This document shows positions 27,079 to 37,762 of a stretch of DNA of 64,000 bases, piece after piece (the first letter of the stretch is position 1; each line of letters starts with the position of its first letter). The DNA is taken from positions 1,856,001 to 1,920,000 of the forward strand of contig CBDCTJ010000007.1 of the NCBI GenBank assembly GCA_965222115.1, read 5' to 3'. Source of the DNA: Planctomycetota bacterium. Lineage in GTDB: Bacteria > Planctomycetota > PLA2 > JAEUHO01. The notes beneath the pieces were generated by a model. That model did not search any database. It had not been told where the DNA came from and saw only the letters and a list, made by a program, of their open reading frames with translations. A program made the translations under genes and the position numbers.

Positions 27079-28449
27079 ATGACCGTCTTCCGCGCACTTT
27101 CCGGTCTCTTTGTCCCTCTGTTTGTGGTTTCGCTAGTTTTCGTTGGTTGTGGCGACTCGGAAACATCGAATGAGACGACCCAGGACGGTGCATCAAACGG
27201 CGTAACGAACGGCGCATCAAGCGGCACTGTAGCCAAGCCCGATGGCGACCAGTCGAAGGCAGCAGGGACGAGCAAGGGGGACGACGGTGGCGCGCGAGCC
27301 GGCGGTCTTGCATCCCATGCCGATCTCGGCGATGCGCTCACCAAGAAAGTTCACGCGGCGCTACGAAAGGCACGTCACGGGCTTGCGCGCGTTCAAGAAG
27401 ACGACGGGTCGTTTGGCGCGCCTTCGCTCGACATGCCGCCAAGTGTTGGTTTTACGGCCATGGTCACGATGGGGCTCATGGCAGCGACCACCAAGACGCA
27501 GGTTGCCAAAGATGAGGCCATCAACGAAGCGCTTGCGTTTATCGCATCCAAGCAGAAGGAAAACGGCGCCATCTTTGGAAACCCTCAACACATTACCTAT
27601 GAGACCAGTGTTGCCGTGGGCGCGTTCGCGCTAGCGCGCATACCCAAGTTTCGTTCGAATCAAATGAAGGCCCGGAACTACCTCGTTGAGAGTCAAATCG
27701 TGGCCGATGAGAGCGACGCGTCGCATGGTGGCTTTCCCTACAAACAAGACAAAGGACAGCCGGCCGATCTGAGCAATGCGCAGATGGCCGCGACCGCGCT
27801 CTACGACGCCGAGCTCGATAAGGACCACGCGCTTTGGAAGCACCTTCGCTCCTTTACCAAGCGCGTTCAAAACGACTCCGAGTCCAATACAACGGAACAG
27901 GAGATCGAGCACGACGGAAAGAAGATAGTTGTCGTGTCGGGACAAGACGGCGGTGGCATCTACGGGCCCGGGCTGGTGAAGGCGGGCGTCGTGAAACGCG
28001 GTGACGGAAAATGGGAGATTCGCAGCTACGGTTCCATGGGGTATGCGCTGCTCAAGTGTCTCCTGTTTGCGGGCGTCAAGCCCGAAGACCGCCGCGTACA
28101 GATCCTGGTGAAGTGGTTGAGTGACCATTGGACCGTCGATAAGAACCCCGGATTCGAAGCGCATGAGAATCCTGAGATGGCCGGTCAACAAGGGCTCTTT
28201 TACTACTACTTCACGTGCGCGCGCGCATTGGCCGAATACGAAAAGCACGCGGGCAAGCCCTTGGTCATTAAAGATCGCGCCGGAAAAGAGCACCACTGGC
28301 GTCGCGAACTTGCGGAGAAGATTCTTTCGCTCCAACAAGAGAACGGCTTGTGGAAAAACAAGGTCGATCGTTGGGGTGAGAGCGCCGAGACATTGGCGTC
28401 CGGGTATGCCATGCAGGCACTCGGATTCATCACAGGGCGGCTTCCGTAA
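27079..28449 (+). CDS. prenyltransferase/squalene-oxidase repeat lipoprotein
   Basis: Lipobox FVGC; QEDDGSF, QKENGAI, GGFPY, ADLSN, YGSM, QQENGLW repeats. Confidence 0.8.
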   Translation: MTVFRALSGLFVPLFVVSLVFVGCGDSETSNETTQDGASNGVTNGASSGTVAKPDGDQSKAAGTSKGDDGGARAGGLASHADLGDALTKKVHAALRKARHGLARVQEDDGSFGAPSLDMPPSVGFTAMVTMGLMAATTKTQVAKDEAINEALAFIASKQKENGAIFGNPQHITYETSVAVGAFALARIPKFRSNQMKARNYLVESQIVADESDASHGGFPYKQDKGQPADLSNAQMAATALYDAELDKDHALWKHLRSFTKRVQNDSESNTTEQEIEHDGKKIVVVSGQDGGGIYGPGLVKAGVVKRGDGKWEIRSYGSMGYALLKCLLFAGVKPEDRRVQILVKWLSDHWTVDKNPGFEAHENPEMAGQQGLFYYYFTCARALAEYEKHAGKPLVIKDRAGKEHHWRRELAEKILSLQQENGLWKNKVDRWGESAETLASGYAMQALGFITGRLP

Positions 28450-28522
28450 GTCCTATTTGCCGCAGCGGCTCCCACCTTCTTTGGCGGATCCTATCGTCTT
28501 CGGCGGATAGGGTACTGACCTC

Positions 28523-29212
28523 ATGAACGCTCGCCATTTACGTACGTGTTTTCCGGCCCTCATTCCGGTGCTTCTTTGGACGATGCTTTACGCCGTTCAG
28601 TTCGCCGGAGGTGAGGACGGGGGGAGCGCGTCGCGCCGTGTCTTTCATGCCGACGTAATCGCGATGATTGCGATCTCGCTGGGTGCCTGTTTTCTTGTAG
28701 GCGCTCTGCGTAGGCGCTTAACCACCATCGCGTTGGCCATACTTCTCGTCACATTGATTCGAATGCTGTTCCTTGGCTTCGATGGGGCGCTCGCCTGGTT
28801 GGCGATCGCGTTCCTCGTGACATGCGTGGCACTTGGGTTGGCGCGTGTTGGATGGTTGGCAGGACTCAGCGCGGTGCAGGCGGGCGTTGCACCGTCGCTG
28901 GTATTGATCATCGCGAGCGTTGGCATCTACGGTATCGACGCCATTGGTGAAACGGCTGACGTGTCGGAACGTTTCCCAATCAAGCAGGCGCTCCTCAATA
29001 TGGATCCGGCGACGACGTGCGCCCACGAGGCATCACAGCACGATCGACTCCATGACCCCCTCATCTACGACCGCGTTGACGTTGCCTCGTCTCTGGTGAC
29101 ACCGCCCACCTTACGAAACTTCGTGTTTGCGTGGGGACCGTGTGCGCTCATTTTGCTCGTGATCGCGCTTCTTCCCGGCCGTCGTTCGGTGGCGAGGCCT
29201 GCTCATGAGTGA
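28523..29212 (+). CDS. hypothetical integral membrane protein
   Basis: About 6 hydrophobic helices; overlaps the next start. Confidence 0.6.
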   Translation: MNARHLRTCFPALIPVLLWTMLYAVQFAGGEDGGSASRRVFHADVIAMIAISLGACFLVGALRRRLTTIALAILLVTLIRMLFLGFDGALAWLAIAFLVTCVALGLARVGWLAGLSAVQAGVAPSLVLIIASVGIYGIDAIGETADVSERFPIKQALLNMDPATTCAHEASQHDRLHDPLIYDRVDVASSLVTPPTLRNFVFAWGPCALILLVIALLPGRRSVARPAHE

Positions 29213-30677
29213 TTCCGACCGACCTCTGGCGCTCGTTGTGGGGGCGGGTGGGATCGGTTGTCCGGCCGCATGGGCACTTGCTCGTTCTGGGCGGTGGCGC
29301 TTGCGACTTATTGACCACGATCGCGTCGAACTCAGCAACCTTCCTCGGCAAGTGCTCTATGGCCCCGACGACGTCGGTCGTCCCAAGGCAAAGGTGGCCG
29401 CGGAACGCTTGCGTACGCTCGCTTCGGTTGAAGGCATTCATGCGCGCCTCGATTCCGACACCATCGACAACGTACTCGATGGTGTCAGCGTCATGATTGA
29501 TGCCACCGACGGTGCGCAAACCAAGGACTGGCTCAATCAACTTGCCGTACGCACCCGCACGCCCTTCGTTCATGCAGCGGGCCTTCGCAGCGAAGCGCGA
29601 CTTATGGCCATCGCCGCGGGTGGCGCGCCGTGTCTTTCGTGTGTTTTTGGGCGACTGGAAGATGATGGCGGTCGATGCAGTGATCTGGGTGTATGGAATG
29701 GCGTCGTTGGCGCGATTGGGTGTCTAGCCGCGCATCGCGCCGACGCGTTGAGGCGCCATGCGTCGCAACCTGCCTATGAAGTGCTCGATATGGCAGCGGG
29801 CCGTGCACTGTCGTTGGGCGCACGTCCGCGCGCCGCGTGCCCTGTATGTGGCGCGTCGAGTGGCGACATGGCGGTGGAGCCCTTCCCCGAATTCGTTGCC
29901 TGCGATGTGCCAAATGGTCAGGCGTCGCCATCACCGACGGCTCCCGGTCCCATTGCACATCGTTTGGACCTATCCAGTGAACGTTGTCCGATGAACTTGC
30001 TTCGCGCCCGTCAAGCACTAGACGCACTCGAACGTGATGAACTGATCGAGTTCACGTTGGGGCAAGAGGGTGCCGCCACCGTTCCCGATGGCGTGCGTAT
30101 GCTCGGGCACGACGTCGTTGAGGTTCGTCGCCGCGCCGAGGACGAGGGCGTTCATGTGGTGGTGCGCGTATCCGCCGCGCCGTCGGCGTCCGAACTGCCG
30201 CGTCTCCCCTCCGAGATCGTGCAACGTTTCGCTCGACAACTTGTGCTCGAAGACGTGGGCAGCGCAGGTCAACAGACACTCTTTCGATCCACGGTTCGCG
30301 TTGTGTCGCAATCCTCGTTGCTTCTCGATACCGCCCTTATCTATCTTGCGGCGGCGGGCGTGGGCCGTTTTCAACTGGCGGCGTCGTATGCAACGAGTTG
30401 CTCTGCGCGTCACCGCACCCATCTTGAGCGAGTCGCTGTTGGCGTCTTCGATGAAGCCGACTCAGGCACCCGTGAGGGGTTCACTCTCGTTGTCGAGAAC
30501 CGTGAGCTTGAAGGCGTCGTGCCCGTCCCCAATGAAACGCGCGACCTCCCGCCGAGCATTGCGATGGCTCGCGGTGCACTTCTGGCGGACCACATTCAAC
30601 GGCGCTTGGTGGACTCTTCGGGAGCGGCACCCGCCTTGATCGGCGTGAGCAATGATGGCGCGCTTCAAAGTGTTTGA
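29205..30677 (+). CDS. MoeB/ThiF adenylyltransferase - TusA sulfur carrier - degenerate second MoeB domain fusion
   Basis: GAGGIG, DRVELSNLPRQ, DATD, CLSC and CPVC; LDL...RCPMN (TusA); then RFARQLVLEDVGSAGQ..L...YLAAAGVG without GxGxxG. Confidence 0.82.
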   Translation: MSDSDRPLALVVGAGGIGCPAAWALARSGRWRLRLIDHDRVELSNLPRQVLYGPDDVGRPKAKVAAERLRTLASVEGIHARLDSDTIDNVLDGVSVMIDATDGAQTKDWLNQLAVRTRTPFVHAAGLRSEARLMAIAAGGAPCLSCVFGRLEDDGGRCSDLGVWNGVVGAIGCLAAHRADALRRHASQPAYEVLDMAAGRALSLGARPRAACPVCGASSGDMAVEPFPEFVACDVPNGQASPSPTAPGPIAHRLDLSSERCPMNLLRARQALDALERDELIEFTLGQEGAATVPDGVRMLGHDVVEVRRRAEDEGVHVVVRVSAAPSASELPRLPSEIVQRFARQLVLEDVGSAGQQTLFRSTVRVVSQSSLLLDTALIYLAAAGVGRFQLAASYATSCSARHRTHLERVAVGVFDEADSGTREGFTLVVENRELEGVVPVPNETRDLPPSIAMARGALLADHIQRRLVDSSGAAPALIGVSNDGALQSV

Positions 30678-30683
30678 GCGTAT

Positions 30684-31604
30684 CTAGCGACCCAGCTTGC
30701 CAAGACCCTGATAGATGCCGCCATAAAACGAGATGACTTCGTAGGCAACAAAGCCACCCACGACCAAAATAAACACGACGGGCAAGATCTGTCGAACCTT
30801 TGATCGGCGCAGGCGCACGCGCTCTTGCAGACCGAGGGCAAGGCGCGTGGCAACGTCGGGAAGATCACCGGCGCGTTCTCCCAGCGTGAGGGAGGTCGCA
30901 TGTTCCGTGGGGACGGCGTGCCACGATTCCTCCAGCGGCCTGCCGGTTGGAAGTTGCCGTCGCGCGGTATGGAGGTCGCTTGCGACGCGCCCCCCCGCAC
31001 CGGCTCGCGCGCTCAGCGAGAGAGTTTCCTCAAGCGGCACGCCCCCTTGTAAGAGATCGCCCATCGCTTGATAGGCCATGGCGTCTCTCGTTTCAATGAG
31101 GTTGCGATTTCCGAACCAAACCGTCGGTGCTTCTACGCTGGTAGTGCCCTTGTCGTAGGAACGTTTGGCGCGCGCGCGAAGAAACAACCAGATGTAGAGC
31201 GGTGCCAGCAACACGCCCGCCATCATGAGGCTGCGAAACGTTGATCCTCGAATCGCACCGAACACAAAGATCAACAGCGAAACAATGTGTGCGAGCAGAA
31301 TGGGATAGACGAGCGCGGCGGCTTCCTCACGACGATGTCGTGCTTCTTCGTCTTTGCGATCCGCGAGTTGAACCAGACGAGACTCCAGTGACCCGCTTGC
31401 CTCGCCCGCGCGAATGAGTGCTCGATCCAGGGGTGACACATGTTGCGCCAATGCATCGCTAAGCGGCGCACCGGCGCGCACCTCGTCCGTCGCCTGCTTG
31501 AGCGGTGCCTTGCCTGCAGCGGCTTGGCCGAGTGCCTCGGCCCACGTGACGCCCGCCCGATGAAAGGAGGCAAGGCTGCGAAAGAACTGCGAAGACACCG
31601 CCAT
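30684..31604 (-). CDS. type II secretion F / PilC-family platform protein
   Basis: LIRAGEASGSLE..L..LA, ALVYP, GERAGDL repeats. Confidence 0.85.
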   Translation of the reverse strand: MAVSSQFFRSLASFHRAGVTWAEALGQAAAGKAPLKQATDEVRAGAPLSDALAQHVSPLDRALIRAGEASGSLESRLVQLADRKDEEARHRREEAAALVYPILLAHIVSLLIFVFGAIRGSTFRSLMMAGVLLAPLYIWLFLRARAKRSYDKGTTSVEAPTVWFGNRNLIETRDAMAYQAMGDLLQGGVPLEETLSLSARAGAGGRVASDLHTARRQLPTGRPLEESWHAVPTEHATSLTLGERAGDLPDVATRLALGLQERVRLRRSKVRQILPVVFILVVGGFVAYEVISFYGGIYQGLGKLGR

Positions 31605-31812
31605 TGGCCCAGCTTACGCGCTAACGTGCGGCGCAAGTCGGCTTTCAACCCGCCCCTCGGTACGAATTCCCTCTGAAACGCGATAGACTGGCGTGGGCGC
31701 GCTGAACCAAGCCGGAATCCCCGCGTTTTTGACGATGTGGAAAGCCGTTCGTGTCTGCCGCCAACCCGCAACCCACGTTAGTTAACACGCCTGTGCCCAA
31801 AGGAATCAAGAG

Positions 31813-33066
31813 ATGAGCGACGCCAACGTCATTGCATGTCCAAGTTGCAATAAGCGCTTCCGGCTTCCTGCACGTCCACCGGCAACCTTCGCCTGCTCCA
31901 ACTGTGGCACCGTCATGGATCTCAGCGCATTTCAAGCAACCGCGCCTGCGATTGCACCGGCTGTCGTATCGGGTGGGCAATCTTCATCCGGAGGCTCGCC
32001 TCGATCGCGTTCGAGTCGTGCGCGTGCGAGCCGCTCGTCGCGCCGTAGTAGCAGTCGTGCCGCCGTGTCCTCCGCCAGTCGCAGCAGTGGAGCACGTCGC
32101 TCATCGCGTTCGTCTCGGGGTCGGCGAGACGACTATGACGACTACGACGATGATCGTGGATACCGCCGCGGCCGTCGGCGACAGAAGAGTAACAACGGCC
32201 TCGTGATTGGCCTTGTTGCAGGTCTCGTTGCCGTTGGGTTGCTCATTGCCTTCGTTGCGTCGCGTAGCGACGACACGACAGAAAGTACAGGCGGCACCGA
32301 TGTTGCCGACAGCAGCACGCCCGGTACGTCCACTCCTTCAACAAGTGCCTCCGGTATGAATCCCACCGGTACCAGCGTGGGCGTGGGCACAGCCGCAACC
32401 GGTACGCCGAGCGCGTCCGGTACAACAGCCGTAGGTGGCGCCACGCCTGCGGGTACAACGCCCGACAAGCCTGCATCCACGGGCGATTCGTCCACGCCCA
32501 AGGCCGATGCACCCGCACCAAGAAGACGACGCACCCGCATGAACGTGCGCAAATACGAAATGAAGGTCTATCCCTGGCACAGGGACGTGCCCGAAGATCT
32601 GAGAGCTCAGGTCGAGGGGTGGATGGACATGTATGTCAATGGCGGTGGGCGGGACAAGATCGAGGCCCAAGAAAAGCTCATCGAAGCCGGCACGAAGAAC
32701 CGCGCCATTTGCGGTCGCATCATCAGCGAGTTCAAGAAGCTCGACGAGTCACCTGGACTCAATAATCCTCTGGGCAAGTCACGCGCGGCGTCCATTGAGC
32801 AGTTGCTCCGTAAAATCGATGGTTGGCAGGAGCGGCATTGGGAAGAGTATCAATCGTTCCATCGCAGTTCGCCCGGTTCGCGGGTGCTCGGTCTCATCAA
32901 GCGTTGGCTCGCGTGGTGGGAGTCCGATCGTTGGAAGAGCCATCCACTTAAGCCTTGGGACGAGTTCACCGAGGGCGCGCTGCGCGAAGACGACGGATCG
33001 GGCGGTACCAAGAAGAAGAAAGAAAAGCCCGCTCCCAAGAAGGGCTTCGACAAACTCGACGACTAG
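31813..33066 (+). CDS. zinc-ribbon membrane-anchored protein
   Basis: CPSC...CSNC, R/S-rich linker, single TM, T/G/P-rich spacer. Confidence 0.75.
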   Translation: MSDANVIACPSCNKRFRLPARPPATFACSNCGTVMDLSAFQATAPAIAPAVVSGGQSSSGGSPRSRSSRARASRSSRRSSSRAAVSSASRSSGARRSSRSSRGRRDDYDDYDDDRGYRRGRRRQKSNNGLVIGLVAGLVAVGLLIAFVASRSDDTTESTGGTDVADSSTPGTSTPSTSASGMNPTGTSVGVGTAATGTPSASGTTAVGGATPAGTTPDKPASTGDSSTPKADAPAPRRRRTRMNVRKYEMKVYPWHRDVPEDLRAQVEGWMDMYVNGGGRDKIEAQEKLIEAGTKNRAICGRIISEFKKLDESPGLNNPLGKSRAASIEQLLRKIDGWQERHWEEYQSFHRSSPGSRVLGLIKRWLAWWESDRWKSHPLKPWDEFTEGALREDDGSGGTKKKKEKPAPKKGFDKLDD

Positions 33067-33098
33067 CGTTTCGAAGAGCGCACCAAAGGACGCGGTAA

Positions 33099-35186
33099 GT
33101 GAACGACACACGACCGGCGCCAATCAGCGCCGCGCTTACTACGCCCGGATTGCCCGCCGGATTCAAGCTCTCAAGCAACTTTGTGCCCTCGGGCGATCAG
33201 GCCACGGCCATCGCGGGCTTGGTGGAGGGCGATACGCGTGGCGCCAAGCACCAGGTATTGCTTGGCGTGACCGGAAGCGGCAAGACATTCACGATGGCCA
33301 ATGTGATTGCAACATTGGATCGCCCGGCGGTGGTGTTGGCGCCCAACAAGACCCTCGCAGCACAGCTCTTTGACGAGTTTACCGATCTCTTCCCCGAAAA
33401 CGCGGTCGAGTACTTCGTTTCATTCTACGACTACTACCAGCCCGAAGCCTATGTGCCGGCACGCGATCTCTACATCGAGAAAGACGCGAGCATCAATGAT
33501 CGCATTGACCGCATGCGTCACGCCGCAACCAAGAGCGCACTCACGCGTCGCGACGTGATTGTTGTCGCCAGCGTGAGCTGCATCTACGGACTGGGTTCAC
33601 CGGAAGAATATCGAAACTTTCATGTGTGGGTGGAGGTCGGCGATCAACTGGATCGCGACGTGTTTTTGAGACGTCTGGCACGCATTCGCTACCAGCGAAA
33701 CGATGTGCAGCCCCAGCGCGGCAGTTACCGCGTGCGCGGCGACGTCGTGGAAGTGGGCCCGGCCGACAGCAGTGACCGCCTGATACGTATTGAGTGGTTT
33801 GGCGATGAGATCGAACGCATTGAGGAAATCGATGCATTGACGGGCGAGATCTACGGGCGCCGTGAATCGACGTCGTTTTTCCCAAGCAGTCACTACATGA
33901 ACAGCGATGACGCACTTGGCCGCGCCATCGATGGCATTGAAAGGGAACTGGCGACGCGCTTGGTGCACTACCGCAAGGAAGGCAAAGTGCTTGAGGCCGA
34001 TCGCCTTGCTCGACGCGTGCGCTACGACTTGGAGCTGTTGCGCGAAACGGGTTTCTGCCCAGGCATTGAAAACTACTCGCGTCATCTTGATGGTCGACAG
34101 CCCGGTGAGGCCCCGGCAACACTGCTCGACTATCTCCCGGAAGACTTCTTGTTGTTGATTGACGAGAGCCATGTGGCAGTACCGCAGGTGGGGGGCATGT
34201 ACGCCGGGGATCGGCGGCGAAAAGAAAACTTGGTCGAGTTTGGATTTCGCTTGCCGTGTGCGTTGGACAACCGTCCGCTTACCTTTGACGAGTTCAAACA
34301 ACGCGTGGATCGCGTGATCTATGTGAGCGCAACGCCGGGGTCCTACGAAAAGGAACAAGCCGGATCCAACATCGTCGAGCAAGTCATTCGACCCACCGGC
34401 CTCGTCGATCCCGACGTGATCGTGCGGCCCGCGCGCGGCCAGGTCGATGATCTCCTGCGCGAGATTCGCGAGCGCATTGAGGACGGCGAGCGCGTGCTCG
34501 TGACAACACTCACCAAGCGCATGGCCGAAGAACTCAGCGAACACTTGGCGGAGATTGGCGTCAAGGCCCGCTACATGCACTCCGACATCTCAACGCTTGA
34601 GCGTGCGGAGATATTGAAAGACCTGCGGCTGGGCGTGTTTGACGTGCTTGTGGGGATCAATCTGCTGCGCGAAGGACTGGATCTGCCGGAAGTCGCCCTT
34701 GTGGCGGTGCTTGATGCCGACAAGGAGGGCTTCCTGCGTTCGGAAACGAGCTTGATTCAGGTCAGTGGTCGCGCGGCGCGCAATGTGGGCGGGCGCGTGA
34801 TCTTTTATGCCGACCGCATCACGGATTCGATGAAGCGCGCCATGGACGAAATGGACCGTCGTCGGGTGATTCAACGGCAGTACAACGAAGACCACGGCGT
34901 TACGCCCAGCTCGGCCACGCGCGGAGTGCGCCACACGGTGACCGAAACCTATGCGGAACGCGACTACGTCGAGCTCGCGCCCCTTGAGAGCGACGGGTTG
35001 AGCGACGCGAAGACACTGCGCGAACGAAAAGAGACGCTTCAGAAAGACATGCTCGCCGCTGCCAAAGAACTTCGCTTTGAGGACGCCGCCTCGCTGCGTG
35101 ATTCGCTGCGTCGTGTAGAGGCTCTGCTCTTGCGCTTGGGTGAAGGCGAAGACACGCCAACTGACGCGACTGAGCCATCGTCATGA
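33099..35186 (+). CDS. uvrB: excinuclease ABC subunit B
   Basis: GVTGSGKT, YDYYQPEAY, IDESH, INLLREGLD. Confidence 0.98.
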   Translation: MNDTRPAPISAALTTPGLPAGFKLSSNFVPSGDQATAIAGLVEGDTRGAKHQVLLGVTGSGKTFTMANVIATLDRPAVVLAPNKTLAAQLFDEFTDLFPENAVEYFVSFYDYYQPEAYVPARDLYIEKDASINDRIDRMRHAATKSALTRRDVIVVASVSCIYGLGSPEEYRNFHVWVEVGDQLDRDVFLRRLARIRYQRNDVQPQRGSYRVRGDVVEVGPADSSDRLIRIEWFGDEIERIEEIDALTGEIYGRRESTSFFPSSHYMNSDDALGRAIDGIERELATRLVHYRKEGKVLEADRLARRVRYDLELLRETGFCPGIENYSRHLDGRQPGEAPATLLDYLPEDFLLLIDESHVAVPQVGGMYAGDRRRKENLVEFGFRLPCALDNRPLTFDEFKQRVDRVIYVSATPGSYEKEQAGSNIVEQVIRPTGLVDPDVIVRPARGQVDDLLREIRERIEDGERVLVTTLTKRMAEELSEHLAEIGVKARYMHSDISTLERAEILKDLRLGVFDVLVGINLLREGLDLPEVALVAVLDADKEGFLRSETSLIQVSGRAARNVGGRVIFYADRITDSMKRAMDEMDRRRVIQRQYNEDHGVTPSSATRGVRHTVTETYAERDYVELAPLESDGLSDAKTLRERKETLQKDMLAAAKELRFEDAASLRDSLRRVEALLLRLGEGEDTPTDATEPSS

Positions 35187-37000
35187 GCGATGCGCAGGCT
35201 GCGCTAGAGGCACGGGTCGCACGCTTGCCCGACGAACCCGGCGTGTACCAATGGCTTGATGATGCGGGGCGCACCCTCTACGTGGGCAAAGCGGCCAGGC
35301 TGCGGTCGCGCGTGCGTAGCTATCTGGGCAAAGGCGATGGTCGGCCCCTCGTTCGATTGCTGATGCGACGCGCGGTGCGCGTGGAAGTCACGACCACGGC
35401 TACTCCCAGCGAGGCGCTGCTGCTTGAGAACACATTGATTAAGCGCGAGCGTCCGCCCTACAACCTGCGCCTCAAGGACGACAAGAGCTACTTGCTGGTG
35501 CGCGTAGATCGATCGCATACATTTCCCCGACTTCGCTTGGTACGCAAGATCAAGAAGGACGGCGCGCAGTACGTGGGTCCATTTGCCAGTGCAAAGGGTG
35601 TACGACGGACGCTGCGATTCTTGGGTACGCTCTACCCGTTGCGCACGTGTTCGGACCGTGAACTCGAAGAGCGCACGAGGCCGTGTCTCTATCATCAGAT
35701 TGGGCGTTGCGCGGCGCCGTGCGTGGACGCGATTTCAGCCAGCGAATACGACTTGTTGCTGCGCGGCGCACTTGCTTTGTTGCGCGGGCGCGACAACGGC
35801 GCAGCGTCTGAACTTCGGCGGGAAATGGAGGCGGCTTCGGAAGCCCAGTTGTTTGAACGCGCGGCGGTCTTCCGCGATCGATTGCACGCGCTTGAGTCCG
35901 CATTGACCAAGCAGGAAGTTGTCACCGTGGATGGCAAAGACCGCGACGTGCTGGCGGTCGTCCAAGCCGGCGGCGTGAGCATGTTGAGCTTGGTCTATGT
36001 GCGCGATGGTCAGGTGGTGGCCACTCGGGCATTGGCGCAACACACAACCGTCCCCGGCGCCGATGTGATTCACGGCTTTCTCGCGCAGTGTTACGCGCGC
36101 GATAAAGTGATTCCCGCCGAGTTCTTGGTGGATCAAGAGCCCACCGATCGCGAAGGCTTGGAAGCCATGCTCTCCGAGCTGCGCGGCACCGCAGTATCGA
36201 TTCGCGTACCCAGGCGAGGCACCGGTCGAGATTTGATCGCCATGGCCGTTCGAAATGCAGAGATGGCCATCAAGGAACACAACGAGCGTGCTCGTCAATC
36301 GTCCGACGCTCTGGCGCGACTCGCCACATTACTTGGCCTACCCACGTCGCCAAGCCGCATTGAGGGTTACGACCTTTCGCACTTGGCGGGCAGTGATCCG
36401 GTTGCCGGATTATCGGTTCTCATTGGCGGCGTGCCCGAACCCAGTAGCTATCGCCATTTCGCTATCCGTGAAGCCGCAGGAGGCGACGACTACGCAGGCA
36501 TGCGCGAAGTCATTGCGCGTCGGTTCGCACGTGGCGTGGAGCTTGGCGTATTGCCCGACTTGGTGCTCGTTGACGGCGGTCGTGGACAAGTCGAAGCCGC
36601 ACGCGCCGCGCTCGATGATCTCGGTGGCATCGACATTCCGCTTGTTGGCTTGGCCAAAGCGCGTACAGCGTTTGGTGAGCGTTCCGACGAACGAATCGTT
36701 CGGCTTGAACATCCCGAACCGTTGATTCTCAAGCCCGATGATCCCGGCTTGCGCTTGCTCGTCACCGTTCGAGACGAAGCGCACCGTTTCGCCGGTCGCT
36801 ACCAACAGAAGCGTCGGCAAAAGACGTTCTCTGCTGGAGCCCTCGACGCTGTATCCGGAATTGGTCCGGCAAAGAAGCGTCGCCTCCTCAAACATTTCGG
36901 TTCTGTTGACGGCATCCGCGACGCCCCCTACGAAGACCTCGCCGCCATCCCCGGCATCGGTCCCCGCCTCGCCCGCCTCATCCGCGACACGCTCGGCTAG
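35183..37000 (+). CDS. uvrC: excinuclease ABC subunit C
   Basis: GVY-YVGKA GIY-YIG, KDDKSY, RIEGYDLSH, DGGRGQ, RDEAHRFA, HhH. Confidence 0.97.
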   Translation: MSDAQAALEARVARLPDEPGVYQWLDDAGRTLYVGKAARLRSRVRSYLGKGDGRPLVRLLMRRAVRVEVTTTATPSEALLLENTLIKRERPPYNLRLKDDKSYLLVRVDRSHTFPRLRLVRKIKKDGAQYVGPFASAKGVRRTLRFLGTLYPLRTCSDRELEERTRPCLYHQIGRCAAPCVDAISASEYDLLLRGALALLRGRDNGAASELRREMEAASEAQLFERAAVFRDRLHALESALTKQEVVTVDGKDRDVLAVVQAGGVSMLSLVYVRDGQVVATRALAQHTTVPGADVIHGFLAQCYARDKVIPAEFLVDQEPTDREGLEAMLSELRGTAVSIRVPRRGTGRDLIAMAVRNAEMAIKEHNERARQSSDALARLATLLGLPTSPSRIEGYDLSHLAGSDPVAGLSVLIGGVPEPSSYRHFAIREAAGGDDYAGMREVIARRFARGVELGVLPDLVLVDGGRGQVEAARAALDDLGGIDIPLVGLAKARTAFGERSDERIVRLEHPEPLILKPDDPGLRLLVTVRDEAHRFAGRYQQKRRQKTFSAGALDAVSGIGPAKKRRLLKHFGSVDGIRDAPYEDLAAIPGIGPRLARLIRDTLG

Positions 37001-37033
37001 GTACATCGCTGTGCCCGGCCCGTGACCGTATGC

Positions 37034-37705
37034 CTATGAAGAAGCGCCCACGGTCTCAGCAGTCTTGGCGCTTTCCCAGTCTTTGAGGAAGGCGGCGAGG
37101 CCTTGGGTGGTGAGGTCGTGGCCGACCATTTTGTCCATGATCTTGGGGGGAATGGTGGCAATGTCGGCGCCGATGAGCGCGGATTGACGGACGTGATCGG
37201 CGTTGCGGATGCTGGCCACGAGTACGTGGGTGGTGAGGTTGGGGTAGTTCACGAAGGTCTGAACGATGTCTTCGATGAGTTCCATGCCACGCGCGCCACG
37301 ATCGTCGAGTCGGCCAATGAAGGGACTTACCATGGTGGCGCCGGCCTTTGCTGCAAGTAGCGCCTGCGTGGCCGAGAAGCAGAGCGTGACGTTTGTGTTG
37401 ATGCCCTTCTTCGAAAACGCTTTGGTGGCTTTGAGTCCCTCGGGAATGAGCGGCACTTTGATGACTACGTTCTTGTGTATTTCAGACAGTCGAACGCCTT
37501 GCGCAATCATGCCGTCGGCATCCATGGCGGTAACTTCGGCCGAGATGGGACCATCAACAATGCCGCAGATTTCTTCGATGACCTCTTCGAAGACGCGACC
37601 GGACTTGGCGATCAAACTCGGGTTGGTTGTGACGCCATCCACGACGCCCCAGGATGCGTACTTGCGAATCTGATCGACGTCCGCGCTATCGAGAAAAATG
37701 CGCAT
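37034..37705 (-). CDS. fsa: transaldolase / fructose-6-phosphate aldolase
   Basis: [30 protein letters not shown]; GGAGG RBS. Confidence 0.92.
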   Translation of the reverse strand: MRIFLDSADVDQIRKYASWGVVDGVTTNPSLIAKSGRVFEEVIEEICGIVDGPISAEVTAMDADGMIAQGVRLSEIHKNVVIKVPLIPEGLKATKAFSKKGINTNVTLCFSATQALLAAKAGATMVSPFIGRLDDRGARGMELIEDIVQTFVNYPNLTTHVLVASIRNADHVRQSALIGADIATIPPKIMDKMVGHDLTTQGLAAFLKDWESAKTAETVGASS

Positions 37706-37762
37706 GAGCACCTCCAACGACTGGATCGAAAGAGAGTACCCGCGCCCGACCCCACCTGGAGG

